The notes under the pieces were generated by a model. That model ran no database searches, was not told the DNA's origin, and saw only the letters and a list, made by a program, of their open reading frames with translations. Of a stretch of 64,000 nucleotides of DNA, positions 15,823-29,457 are shown in pieces. Origin of the DNA: Klebsormidium nitens (Eukaryota > Plantae > Klebsormidiophyceae). Both the position numbers and the translations under genes were made by a program. The first letter of the stretch is position 1, and every line of letters starts with the position of its first letter. The stretch is taken from the NCBI GenBank assembly GCA_000708835.1, contig DF237043.1, positions 62,001 through 126,000 on the forward strand, in the 5' to 3' direction.

Positions 15823-18800
15823 TCAATCAAGGTCAGAAATACTGGCTTCCTGTAGATACTTCCTCAAGATCGAGTCGCCCACCGTCTCTACCTTCTTCGA
15901 GGCCTGCAAAGAGACCGCGCTCGGAGCCGTACTGGGCCGGCTTAAAAGCTGTTCGTAGTGGTCGAACGGACCGGGCTCCTGAGCCACAGAGTCCGCAGGC
16001 CCCGACTCAGCTTGCCCGTCTGGACTGGTCCTCCTAGCTCCGATTAAGTCTGAAAAGTCGAGAGGCGTCAGTGGGCTTCCGTTGGGCCTGTCAATCCCCC
16101 GCTCGGGCCCCACAGCAAAAACCGCCGGATCACTCATTGCAGTGGCTAGTGGGGCGCCGTCGTCGGACACCCCAGTCGCAAAGATGGGTTTCCAACCAGG
16201 GGGGTACTCCATCTTCCGCAGCCCCCTCTCACTCAGCACCGCGTCCTCCATAGGCATGCATGCCTCGGCAGAATCTATTCCAGGGCGGGCATCGCTCTGG
16301 TTTCCCCACCCTCCGCTCGAACCGGCCGCCGGCTGGGGTTCTGTCGGGCTTGCATGGGCCCCACTTCCCTCCCCCCGACTCGATAGGTGCTTCTGCATTC
16401 GCGCCATCTCTTCGACCATTTTCTCGTACTTTCTCTGTAGCTCCTCGAACTCTTTCGCACCCCCGCTGCCGCCCGCCGCGATCCCTCCCCCCTGCGCTTC
16501 CCCCGTGCCCAACAAGGACCCATGCTGCGCCCGCAGCCGCAACTTGACATCCGCCACCGTATCAGTGTCCTTGAACGCGACCTCGACTTTGTCAATCTCC
16601 TTTCCGTCCCGGACGACGACTAGCCTGAGAAGATTTCCCGCCGCGATCTGCTTCTTCGTAACCATCCGGAGCTTCAGCATCGAGTGCAGGGTTTGCTCTT
16701 TCGTGACTCCGCAGTCCTTTAGCATCCGATGGTCGTCTAGATTCTTTCCCCGGAACTTGATTTGCTGATCTGCCGCGCGCGTCCCATGCGCGTCCTGGAT
16801 GCGCTCCTTCACGAAGCCCACCCGATCGCAGCCGCGCACCTGGTTACAATGTTTGCGCTGAGTTGGATGGATATTAGCGAGAAATGGAACAAGCTTAGGT
16901 ACTACTTCGCTGATTTGGGAGCCCTTCCGGTCGACAAGGTATGCTTTTTGCCAATTTTTCGAGTTGCAAGAGCTCATTGCAACGCAAAGAAGGTCAGAGC
17001 GGGTTTGTGGAGATGAAAGAAGCTTGGCAGTAGAAAGGGACACTGTATGAGATTGGAAGCACTTCTTCAAGGCGCCCACACAGTCTCAGCTGTGCACGTA
17101 GCAGTGCTCAGTGATTGGGCGGCTGAGTTGATTAAAGAATACCCAGATTCAAGGGTGTTTTCAGGTGCCTGAGCCAATGCTTTCGTTCAAGCTGTCACCT
17201 AGCAGGGAGATTTGGAGCAAGGTTTAAAGGCTAAGAAAGATGGTTGTCAGGTGCTGAAGATCACTCAAGAATGAGGTTCGTGCCCAAACGGGATTTGCGT
17301 CAGTATTATTTCGCGCACTGAAGCATTTGCAGCCACGCACATGGCAGCAGAGTCAGCGAAAATGAGCTCAGGTCTAACGAGATACGCACATTGCTTAAAT
17401 GGCTGTGAAATTGTAGTCGGTTTCTGACGAAACAGTTGGTCGCAGCCCCGAAAAGGCAAAGGGGTTTAGTAGATTGAAGATGCGGTGAGCCGGACAGTTT
17501 TGAAAGTTTGCCACCTAAAAAGGCAAAAGCTGGGTCAAACCGATGTGATTTGAGTTTGGGAGAGTACAAGCATGACATGTTTGAAGAGATCTGTAGAAAG
17601 TAGGAATACACTGAACTGGATCCAAAAGACTCCATCGTTGTCCAGGGCATCAAAGGTAAGATCTCATCAAGTGGTTCTCAACGGGGCTTTGAGACTTCGG
17701 CAGGAACCATTACTTTGATCATTAACTGTGTCGATGAGTTTAAGCCCAACTTTCGAACATTCAGGACGGACATTCAAAGCAGTCAGCTTCTGCTCACAAC
17801 CTCTAGAAAATGCATCCAGAACTTTCTGATTGGGACCCCCCTTGCTAAATCGATCTTGACATACACAAAGCAATTGCCTTCAAGACTAGTGTAAAAGCTG
17901 GTCCAGAAATCGTTTTGAGGGAATTGACTGAACTTACTTGCAGCTCCATGCGAGTGCCATCCAGCAGCGATACGAAGATCTTGTACGGCTTCGCTTCAAC
18001 ACCACCCTTTTCCGACAGCTTCGGTTCGAGTACGACTATGCTGTTCTGGACTAGCCCGCACTCCTCTACAGTGGCCCGGTCGTCGTACAGTTCCCGCCAC
18101 CCGAACATCAGCTTTTGGGATGCGGAAGGCACCCCCAGCACTTTCTCTACCCTTGCTTTAAGATCGCGGATAGTATCTGTCGGCTTCACAAAGGGTACCA
18201 CAAGCTGCTTCGTCTTGCCCCCATAAGAGATGAATATCCGGCCCCCTCGATCTTGGGGAAGGGGGGAGGGGAGGATTGTGAGATGGACGGTGTGTTGGTT
18301 CAGAATCTGAACGGGCGCCCCACTTGAAAGGTCGACGAGTTCGTCGGTCTCTTGGAAGATGGTGAGCGACTCGGCATCAAGGTGGAACCTGGGAGAAGAT
18401 ACCCAGAAGAGGGTCAGAATGCACAGTGTGGAGGAGGATGTGAACTCTGTTCAGCGACTGGCTGCCAGGATTGACAGCTGCGTCTGCGAGTTCTGAATGA
18501 GCAGCAGTTGCCTGGCCGATCGCAACATGGTGACAAGATGCAGATCTGCAGACAATTTTCAAAAAGCATGTGAAGAGGAAGCGAAATGTCACTGAAAGTG
18601 GATCAGCAAGCCCGGCAAAGTTGTTCGCAAGCAGCGAACGTGATGGCTTTGGCTGCAATTTTTGCACACACAGAGCTAACTCTGAGAATGCTACATTCGA
18701 TGCCTCATGATTGCATTCAATCCTCATGAATCCAGTGCTTGACACAAGAATCCCCCCCATTTGCAAGCTTTCACAGACTCTGGTTCGCAAAGAGATATTC

Positions 18801-20145
18801 ACCACAGGACGTTGGACACATTGCATGTAACCATCAGATGCTGTATGCTCAGGTGGCCTTTTGCTTCCCCTCCGATCCTTTGATATGTTCTGCCTGTTGT
18901 GCTCCCCAGCATGCAGCCCTTTTGTCAACCAGCCATATTACATTCGGAAAGCAGAAGTAACCGCAAAGCACCTAGCACCCGAGAACTCACCACTTCCCCC
19001 GTGTTATGTCGTGCTTCACAAATTCCATCACATGGTCGTCATTGAGCTCCTCGAACCGGGGCGCCTGCAGCCTTTGAATGGCTGCTGGGATATCTAAGCA
19101 CTCTGTGACGTGCTCACTAAGGCCCTCACAGGCAGGGCTGTTAGCAGGAACATTGGAGAGCAGGATGGAGACTGCAGATGATCCAACTGAGAGGCCCGGG
19201 CCACTCCACGGCCACCGGGAATTGGCAGACACTTGCAGGTCCACCATGACGGAAGCCATCTGTCAATTACGATATTAGCTGAGAGGTAATCAAACCGGTC
19301 GAATTTAACCTTCCTTGAAGCTGCCCCAATGTCTGTTCAGAAACTAAAATTACACTGCCGTCTCTGGTCCTCAGATCAACCTGCTGCCATTATCTCAAAT
19401 CCTACTTCAGCTATTTTAATTCTGCTTTCTTTACACCAACCTGCTTATGAAGGCCAGCAGAAACTGCTTATGACGCCAAGATTGCAAGCATAATCAGGGG
19501 CTGCCGATTGAACAATGGCAGCACTTGGAGGAAAGCTCAGAGTTGTTGAATAGCAGCTGGCGACAAATTGCTGCGACAGTGCAACACTTTGCAGATGTGG
19601 AACGCCTTAATGTGTTCAAACAATTCCTCACTCCCTGGAGCATGAAAATGCTCTGGGCCGCATCTAAAACACGGGGAATTTGCTGCCCCTGCGGACCTTG
19701 GAAGTGAAAGTACCCCTACAATCCGGACGGAGCGCTAGCGAAGAAAGGGATGAACCCTATGCACGTCTCAAGCCAAAAAAGATTGAAAGAGCCTTCGTTC
19801 CTACGCAATCTAAGGAACCAGCCGCTTTGAACACGAGATTGTAAGGGCCTGCATATGTTACTCTTGGTAGACTTCCCTCGTGAGGCTGCGGCACATTCAA
19901 ACCGGCTTGAGAAGGCAGCAGAAGCCCGAGTGCAGAAGGGAAGTTGCAACGGCCTGCACTTTCTCCAGTGTAAAAGCAGCACACAGGTGTCTACAATTTA
20001 CAAATACCGGTAGATCATGGTCCTGCTCATGCAACCGCGCGAAATCTTCGAAGGTGCGCGGCAGGTTCCGGGTCTTCAGCGCAATCCAACGGCTCAGAAG
20101 CCCTTGAGGGCCTCGGCCTGTCATCCGGCGGCGGAGCTTGCACAT
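15823..20145 (-). CDS. Protein with tandem ubiquitin-like domains (3-4) and a low-complexity/coiled-coil C-terminus
   Basis: Exons about 20008-20145, 19632-19715, 18991-19259, 17938-18388, 15823-16839, in frame. UBL motifs VKPTDTIRDLKARVEKVLGVPSASQKLMFGWRELYDD and KIFVSLLDGTRMELQVRGCDRVGFVKERIQDAHGTRAADQQIKFRGKNLDD. The start codon is uncertain (20145 or 19259). Confidence 0.7.
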
Positions 20146-20635
20146 TGCCTGCACGGTAAAGGATGGTAACGCTTCAGTCCGCTTCCCGCCAAATTTGTCC
20201 AAAGGGAACACCGCAAACTTCAAAGCTGAGCAAAGTCAAAGAGAGAAGCACAAGAGAAGCTGCTCTTATCTACCTACTGCCACTGGTGTAGATCTGTTGT
20301 CCTTTGCAAGCGGTGAAGGCCATTTTAAGGAGTTTTTGCTTGCTGGGTCACTGTAGTCCAGGATTTCAAAGGGAAAGGGATATTTTTATCTGAAGACAAG
20401 GAAGCTGCGGATGTCCTATAGGATCCATAGTGGCTGCGCATGCATCAATTCTCCCCCAAACATTAGGGGGGTCTACAGCTGCAAATGTCCTGGAGCAGCA
20501 TCTGCTCAGTGCTGCATGGTTTGACCTGGTAATTCTTAACAGAGAGTAATCCGGTACACCTGGTTTTTCCACACCATCTCTCACAGATCACTACTTGTAA
20601 TTGAAAGCGGGCGGCGACAAGGATAGAGGCCCAAG

Positions 20636-23600
20636 ATGGCTTCAAAAGCAGAACGCGATGCAATCAAGGTAAGTCTTTGAGTAATCTATTATGTTCCCAA
20701 AAGCGAATTCAGAAGCTTTCCTTATGGCCAAGGAGACAATCGATAGAGCCTGATTGTTCAATGCAAGCACTGGATGCAGCTCATTGGGAATCACAATGCT
20801 AGGAAGGTTCCATCGGTGGCAGTTCCTGATTTCAACTTCTCGCTAACATTTTTTGCCCTGAGGTTTTTGTCAAAGTGTTTAGAGTATACGTCATGACAGT
20901 CATAAAGGCAAGCTCGTTGGAGCAGGAGCTCTCTTGCAGACTTCCAGAATCAAGGTAGCCTATAGATGAAGAACCCGTCGCTGTTCAACCTGCAGGTTGC
21001 AAAAGTGCTGATGGTGGGAGCAGGGGGCATAGGGTGCGAGCTGCTGAAAACTCTGGTCATGTCAGGATTCCAAGATATCGAGCTGGTAAGTTCGCTTTAC
21101 CACTGGGTGCTTGATCCCTCTGCCAGCTCGCTTGAATATTTTGTCACGATCACCAGGTCCCGGCACATCTCTCAGATTGATGAACATTGCGGGAAGTTTG
21201 CAGCGCTGTCAGCAGAAGTCCTGTAATGTTCTGAAGAGAGCCTTCAAACGCCTTGAGGGCTGGTGTCAGGAAGGCACACAATGTTTTTGACATAGTGGGC
21301 GTTTTCTGCAGATCGATATGGACACAATTGAGGTTAGCAACCTGAACAGGCAGTTCCTGTTTCGGAAGAAGCACGTGGGCCAATCAAAAGCGCAGGTAAT
21401 ATTTCCTTCGCCCCCTCAACGACCCTCTAGTCAGTCTCTTGAGTTGCTTTCCGCACAAAATGCGGGGGCACATTGACCCTGTGAGACTCTGTGGAACTTG
21501 ACTGGTCAGGCAGAGTTGGAAACTGAGGTAGGGGCTGCTGATTCGAATTCAAAGACATCTGTCCAGCTCCTGAGAGGCTCAACGCATTTGGAGAGAGCTC
21601 TCATTACTGCACTTGATTTCTTTGAATTGGACTCGTTCGGGGAGTCTTTCTCCTTGCTCTTGATGTATGCACTTAGAACCGCACTCATTCTCAACTCTTT
21701 TGGAGAGCCTTTCCCCTTGCTCTTGATATCATGCCATTGTCCAAGTTGCTAAAGTGTGATGGCTTCTCCAGGTGGCGCGAGAAGCAGTCCTGAAGTTCCG
21801 CCCTGATGCAAAGATTGTGGCGCACCATGCAAATGTCAAGGACCCCCAGTTCGACATCGACTTCATCAAGCGCTTCACTGTGAGCCAATCTATCTTCTGC
21901 CTTCATCGCTCGTGAGGATTTTGATGCACCCTTCTTCTGTTTGTTTAATCACAGGCATCATGCCTGACTCTCTGCTGGCGCCAGGAAGAGGGTTTTGTTG
22001 GTTAAGAAGAAGTGCCAAGCCGGCTTCCGAATCTGCCAGTCCAGAGGCTTCGCAATGCAGAATCGAAGTGCCACGCACATATTACAATTGTCTGTATATA
22101 CGCTCAAGTATGCTGGACACTTGTTCCATGGTGGCAATTGTAAGTCCTGAAATAATTGGCCAACTGCAGAGAGGACATCTAAGATTGGACGAGGCAGGGC
22201 TGACTAAAGCCCCAAACGAAGTCCTTCCTGGCACATACTAAGCATCTCTTTCTGGCAAGCTTCAATGGGGGTCAGCTGATGTCATCTTCGTCTTTGAGAA
22301 GCTGACCCCCTGAGTCTATTATGCGTCTGCTATTTGACCAACACTGCCGTCTTTTGAGTACTCCAACGTACAGCAAACTGTATGATAAACGATCTCCAGC
22401 CTCTTTCTCTCATTGCCAAACTCAAGTTTGCGAACTGATACCTCAGGTTCTGACTGATCATGCAGTGACGGGTCAGCTACACGATACGATCTTGTTTCAT
22501 CGGACGCCGTTTTTGCAGGTCGTTTTGAACGGGCTGGACAACGTCGAGGCGCGGCGCCATGTGAATAGGCTCTGCCTGGCAGCAGGGGTGCCTCTTGTTG
22601 AGAGCGGCACCACTGGTTACGTTGGCCAGGCGGACGTTCACATCAAGGGCCGGTTCACCTGCTTCGAGTGCTACCCCCCGCCCCCTCCCAAGTCCTTCCC
22701 AACTTGCACCATCACAAACACTCCTAGTCAGGTGAGTCAGCACTAGAGACATCCGGATCTCGCAGCATGTTTTAACGGGCCTGTTTTCTGTCAGGCCTAT
22801 TCTGGGCTTTTGGAGCTGGAGTTGCACAACTAGGACTTGAAAACATGTGTGTGATGCGAACTTTTCAATGGATCGACTCGGAAAATTCAGTGAAGTGCCT
22901 TCATCCGTTCAAGTAAAGAGCCCGTGGTAGTCAACACTGCTACTCATGAGGTGTTTCTATACTCGCCAAATCGCCAAATTGCTAAAGCACGCACCCTTTC
23001 GCGAGTCACTCCGTTTCCCCAGCTGCCAACTTTCCAACCCGAAGTCTCTGAATAGCTTTGGGGATCACTGAACTATTCGTCCCCTCTCAATCAGCCGGTG
23101 CATTGCATCGTGTGGGCTAAGGAGCTGCCGTTCGCGAAGTTATTCGGGGAGGCCGGGTTAGCCAACGATTTGGACATGCGCTCCGACGACCAGGCAGAGG
23201 AGCCGTTAGAAGAGGACACCAACTGGCACCGTGTCAAAGAGAACGAGACGCCGACGGCATACGCATGCAGGGTGAGTTGCTGAGGTTGATGAGATCGTCG
23301 AAAAGCAACTCTGGGTTGGTAGTCTGCGGAAGTAAATCTAATTCACGAACATTGGACTTGCGACTGCCAGTAATGTCCCCCTGTGAACCACGTTGTTCGC
23401 AATAGTGCGTTCACAGGGGTGTGAGCGTACGAATGCATCTCGAAAGGCGGTCTAGGGCGCAAGGCCGATACTGTGCAACCTCCAGGCATTATCCCCTTAA
23501 GCGGTCTTCTTGGTATCATCAGCCGGACAGGAAATGTACGGGAGTAGATGGAATCGGAGAGAAATTTTCAGTCGATCCGGCAGCATGATGCCACGCGCTC

Positions 23601-26600
23601 TCACAACCAACGTGCGAAGCACCGCAAAGACTCCATCCAAAGCTCCCCGTTTGGATGAAGAAGCGGACGTTTGGTTCCAAAACCTTGATCAGGTTTCATG
23701 CGGGCCGCAATTGCAGGTGTTCGACAAAGTGTTTGGCCACAACGTTGCCAAGACCCTGGAGATGGACGACTTGTGGAAGAACCGGCAGCGACCAAAACCC
23801 CTGTACATAGACGAGGCAAGTTTTCTCAACCTATTCTACCGTTAGTTGGTTTGACAGTTTTGGCTCTTCAAAGGCGTCTCATTTGCCTCTCCAAAATCCT
23901 ATCGTGGGTAACCAGAGAATGACCTTCGTCGGACTTCCGCTTTCGCGCGCCAGCATTACTAATTCGCTAGGCAGCGGTCAGAAAGGATTCCACGCAGAAG
24001 GAAAGCCTTCCAGCCTCACTTTCAACGGAGGTCAGAACGACTGCCCGTTTCTGAGATTCTCTGCTGATCTTGCCTTTGCTGACGCTTGAAAAGGTCCCAA
24101 TCAGAAAAGTTCACAATCACAGGGGTGTTGGAAAATATCAGCGCAGGATCCAAGTTGGATATGCCCCAAATAGAGGGAGAAGTGCGAGTCAACGCAACAT
24201 GGGCTGCACCTCATTCTGTCGCTACGCTCCGCAGGTTCTGCCCGAGACGTCCGAGCCGCCCGCGAAACGGCCGCGCACAGAGGGTGCAAACGCCGGCGAC
24301 GAGGAGAGAAGCGTGTCTGCCGCGAGCAATCTGGGGTTGCGGGATACCAACCAGGTGACGACAGCGGTTACTTCACATTCGGTTCAGTCATTGAGATCAT
24401 CACCTCCTGATTATTTCCCTCAAAAAGAGAGAAAGCGAGGACAAGAATACCGGCTGTATGGTGCCGGATTTCCATTTCCGATTGTAATCGTACAAAGAGT
24501 GCTTAGGTTTCAGCGTCGAGCTTTGCGAGTCTTCTCTCCCCGCCGCTGCTTTCATGGAGCGCGAAGCTGAACCGCATTTTGGTTCTCAGCGTGCCAACCG
24601 TTCTCCTTGGTTGCATGCTGATTAGTGTGAGAGGTTGGGTTTTGGACTGTTGCAAGACGTAAGAGAATCTTGAAAGTGAGGATACGGCCGGATGCCTTAA
24701 CTGCACACCGTCTCGACGGTCTGTTTCAGCAAGCTTCGATGAGGGCAGACTGTATGAATAACGGATCATACGGGTAAAATGGAGGCGATAATCATGGAAA
24801 CTTGTTCTTCTCCGTTCCATTCGTTGGAAAAGTCAGCGGTGTTGAAGAGATGGCAACGGGTCTCACGGCGCTGGTTGGAAACGCGAGCAGGTGTGGAGCC
24901 TGCAAGAGAATGCGCGCGTGTTCCTCGAGTCCGTGCGGCTGTTCTTGGAGGAGCGGGCGTCCGAGATCGGAAGCCTGCGCTTCGACAAGGACGATACCCT
25001 CGCCGTCGAGTTTGTGACGTCAGCTTCCAACCTGCGGGACATCTCGTTTGGAATCCAAACGCAGGTGCGGAATACGGACGGGGTTCCCTTTCTTTTCGCT
25101 CTCGTTGCTCGGACGCGTTCATCCTTCCTATTGAGTGCGTACCAGGCTAGAGGTGGCTCCTTCTCCAAACAGCTTCTCGCTTTCAAGAACGGGTTAAACA
25201 AACTTGCGGTCTCTTTCTTGATCCTACCTACTCGATCCTCAGACTTTATTGGGGGCTTATCTACTGGTTCCCTGCTTCGTTTAAAACACTGTGCTGTGTT
25301 TCTTTTCTTCCAGCGCCTCGTCAATCGGTTCTCCGATTTCGACGTTAGGACTGCCTTATCCCGCATCTGACACCACGTGGTCAAGTCGCTTATTCATTCT
25401 TGAGGACCTCCACATGTAGAGCCTTTTTGCGGCCAAGGGCATCGCGAGAAACTGACTCTGGTTTCTGTTGCCCCGCTCCACACCCCCCCAATTACCTCCC
25501 CCTCTTCCATTTGAAGTTCCTCCTTTCCAACCGCGCTACCGCATGTGTTCCTCATAGAAAATCTCATTTTCAGGGTCACTTGATCTTGCGAACCTCCTCA
25601 TGCAGAGCCTTTTGGGTAGTATGATAAGATAATTTGTTTCAGAATGTCACTCATGCTTGAGAAGCTCCACATGCAGAGCCTTTTTGCGGCCAAGGGCATC
25701 GCGGGCAACATCGTGCACGCCATTGCCACCACAAACGCGATCGTTGCGGGGATGATCGTTATCGAGGCAACCAAGATCGTCACGGGCCAGATGGACAAAC
25801 TCAAGTAAGGCGAACGCCACCAGCATCTTTATGACCGAAGAAATTTCTTTGATCGATTGGCTTTAACCGGGAAAGATCGGCCGATGGGTTTCTGCGGTCA
25901 CTTTAGTTGAGCCCAGGCGCAATTCCTTTACTGCAGCTTTTTCGATCGGTTTAAATCTCCCCATACGTTACCTCGTATCGAGAAGACCTTGGGGTTTACC
26001 GCCTCCTCTCTGCCTTCTCGCAAACCACTGAAAAAGGCAAGTTTGAACAACCCAAATCATTTACGCGAGCTGATTTTCACATTGACTGCTTCCTTCCGAA
26101 CCCACTGATGTGAGAAAGTTTGTTATGGCGAAATGGCCACGTGTTCATCTCACTTTGCTCACAAGAAGCAGACCTCACTGGCATAGACAGTTTTCAAAAG
26201 CGTGCCACCAGTTCGTTTGATCTTGCTTCGTCTTTGCAGAGCGTCAATTGTTGACTACGACAGTCCTGAGAAGGCTTTACAAACGTATTCACACCTCGCT
26301 TGCTTCCTGCAGGACCCACTGGTGTGAACAGTTCCTTCGGCGGAAGATGCTGTTGTGGAGCATCGACCCGAACCCCCCCAACCCCAAGTGCTACGTCTGC
26401 TCGGACACTCCGCTTTTTCTGGAGGTCGACACCAACAAGGCGACCCTGGGGGAGGTGCTGCAGAAGGTACGGTCGCCCTTTCTGACCTTATGTTGGATTC
26501 CTTCTGACTCTGATTTCATGGTTATCCATGTTCAACTTTCACGACAAGCTTTCCTCCATCCTTTTGACTTACCGACGGTTTGTAAATTCTTGGGTGTTGA

Positions 26601-29457
26601 CAGCGTCGCACAGGCGATTTGACATATTTGAGTCGCTTCGAGACAAAGCCTTACGAGTGCGCAGCGCCGATTGGACCATGAGTCTACACGCAGAAAACCT
26701 AGTCTGATGTTTCCGAATAACTGTAGACTTCTGCTTCGACTGCTTGCCGGATCTAAGCAACCGCCCAACCATTGTGAGATCCACCCTTGGATCCTCCCCA
26801 CACCTTACGCACAATCCTGCGGTAACGTGCTCAAATTACAACCTATTTGTGGTTTGTCGCACAAGTCGATGCTGATTCCGCCGACACACGGATGCTTTTC
26901 TTGCACTAACCCGCTGTCAACCCGAGAAAAACACGAGTATCCATCGCTTATCCATCGATCCACACAATCGCAGGCTCCAAGAAGAAACTAGAAACCTACC
27001 ATCCGCCTCTTCAGTCTCCTACAAACCCGCTGCTAATCCGCCCATAATACCATTCAGATCACGGCATCGACCTCACTGCAGATTATGAGTGAAGAGAAGC
27101 TGGCCGTTGTGTCGCTTACGGTGGGGACTGTGCAGTCGCTCCTTGACTGTCCCACAAACCCGCTTTGGATCCGCATGTACGCGTCTAACGTTATTCACAA
27201 CATTGCCGAACTTGCAGATTGTGAAAGAGAAGCTGGCCGTTGTGTCGCCCATGGTGGGGACAGTCTCCGCCTAAGTGTTGCACAAACCGCAGTTAATCCG
27301 CCCGTAGTCATGTCGAACCCTTGTCACAACATTGCCGTACGTGCAGATTGTCAAGAAGAAGCTGGCCGCGTGTCGCAATCATTTGCTACTCAAAGCGTCC
27401 CACAAACCCGCTGTTAGTCCGCCCGTAGTACATGTCTAAGCTTAGTTAAAAGATCGCCGAATGTGCAGATTGTGAAGAAGAAGCTGGCGGTTGTGTCGCC
27501 TATGGTCCTCTTCGGCAACTCAATCCTTTATGAGACGGGGGACGACCTCGATGAGGACGAGCAGCGAAGCTACGCGGCAAACGCGGCCAAGGTGCGTCAC
27601 AAATGGTCGCAGGTTTGCAGATATTCCCCCATGAATCGGGTCGGCTCTAAGATTATCGAGCTGCTTTGAAAGGAGGAGCGAAATCAGTGGCAAACGTGGC
27701 AGAGGTGCGTTACACTTTGTCACAAATAGGACGAGGCCTTTCCCACGAAGGCGGACACGTTCGGCTCAAAATGCTTGAATGTGCTTCTGGTACGAGCGGC
27801 AGGCTCGGCAAAGGTGCGTCGCACTCGGTCACGGAGATGGAACGGCTGTTCTTGTTTCGTGATCCAAAGCCCCTCTGCCCGGGCATAATTGAATGCACAT
27901 GTAAGGTGAGTCCTGAAAAAGGGTTCATTCAGAGGTTCTGATCGGAGCTTTTTGACAGAATGAGCAACTTTGCCCGCCGCGTCTGGCTACTCATGGGTGA
28001 AATCCTGGAGAAAAAGAAGGAGCAATCCTACTCTGACAGGGGCCCTCCTTCACACTTTCATGAACCCCGCCAGTCGGGGACCAGTTTCCTCTTCCTTTGC
28101 ACCACTCTGGTTGAGAGTTTGTTGGAACAGGCTGGCTGCTTTTTATGTAGAGTCTGCAAAGGGGTGGTCATAGCAGCGGCTTTGATTCCATAGGCCAAGC
28201 GTTTTGCTTTCAGAGCGGGAGCAAGAAGAATCAGTGAATTGGGACCGAGGCCGGGAATCCTGTTGGAAGTGATGACGTGGCGGGGTCTGGATTTAACGGG
28301 GCAGTCGCAATTCTGGTTGGTCGATATTGGTAAGTCCTTTTTATTAAAGACCCATTTCGCTTAAGATACGAGTCACCCGGGCACTCTGAACTTAGAACCC
28401 TAACCCAAACATTTACACGCTCCGCACCCGAACCCACCCTAACCAACCAATCAACCCCATCCGCCTCCCGGGCGCCTATCTAAGTACTATCCCTCTTAAG
28501 TGGACTGGGAGTTTCACTAGCGGTTGATCGAGAGACGCCCAGACCAGTGCTCTGCCTCTTAAACTCTGCCAAACCATCACTCCTAACAGGGTCGCCAACC
28601 TCTATTCAAATTACGGACTCTCCCCGACCCCGCCTCTCACATTTGTGAAGGTTCCTGAGTTGCGGCCACAGACAGACAGCTTGGGAAGAAGCATTGCAAA
28701 ACCCTCCTCCAAGTCTGGCTGCTCACAGAGCTTGCGACGAATAGCTAATACGCGCACGTCTGTGCGCTCTTCCAGGTCTTGTCACAGTTCCCGACGCCGA
28801 TCGGACATAACTCTCTTGTCAGCATTGACGACAGCCAGCAGGACTTTCGGTGTACGCTCCACATCGTGCACAGGTAAGGCAGCCAGTCTAAAGCACATGC
28901 CTTTTCAGGACATATGAAGCTTGGCGGCAACGGGTCCCGTGTGATCAGGAGTGTTATGAGGAGTTGTTAAACATCATCATCATCCAGATCGAACATACGT
29001 GTTAGATGACGTATGTTCGATCTGTGTCGGCCAATCTACGCCGGATTGCATTTGGATTTTCCCTGACCTGCTAAGACGCTTCTTAGGCTTAACCTTTGGA
29101 GAGGGGTCCGGGCTTTCAATCTTATCTGATGAACTCTGACCCTGAAAGACTGTCGTTTGCAGGGACGTGTTCGACGAGGAGAAGGAGCCGGACATGATGG
29201 TGCTGCGGGGCGAGATTCCTGCCGTTAAAGCCGGCGAGGGGACGGCCAATGGCACAGAGGCGGCAGAGGATGACGACGATGACCTCACAATTATAGACAA
29301 TGCGGTCCAGGAAGTAGACGCAGTCCAGGAAACAAGCGCGAAAGCGGGGAAGCGGAAGCGGGATGAAGAGGACGGCGACCACGGCAGCAGAAAGAAACGG
29401 TTACCGGAAGAGAAGGAAACGGAAGACGTTGATACGGGCGTGATTGATCTGCTATGA
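20636..29457 (+). CDS. SAE2: SUMO-activating enzyme subunit 2 (UBA2), 14 exons
   Basis: Exons: 20636-20668, 20996-21085, 21312-21395, 21772-21879, 22519-22731, 23095-23271, 23717-23815, 24235-24353, 24891-25064, 25677-25804, 26313-26466, 27468-27591, 28776-28873, 29163-29457. Motifs [47 protein letters not shown], catalytic [42 protein letters not shown]. Confidence 0.96.
25408..25615 (+). repeat. Two intronic copies of the SAE2 exon-10 acceptor and exon start
   Basis: 25408-25446 matches 25665-25703 at 38/39 nt; a shorter copy lies at 25594-25615. Confidence 0.85.
27015..27467 (+). repeat. About 130-bp tandem unit, three copies, each carrying the SAE2 exon-12 acceptor and exon start
   Basis: CAG|ATT(G/A)TG...AAGCTGGCCG follows AG at 27081, 27217 and 27346; the functional AG is at 27467. 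Each unit also repeats CAAACC(C)GC...TCCGC. Confidence 0.85.
28372..28480 (+). repeat. CCCTAA-rich interspersed repeat copy in SAE2 intron 12
   Basis: AACCCTAACCCAAACATTTACACGCTCCGCACCCGAACCCACCCTAACC closely matches 50446-50492; bounded by CCCGGG on both sides. Confidence 0.75.

Noticed and set aside
16082-16768. 228-aa plus-strand ORF, and similar shadows at 45984-46661, 47118-47807 and 56062-56472
   Set aside because: These are antisense shadows of GC-rich real exons.
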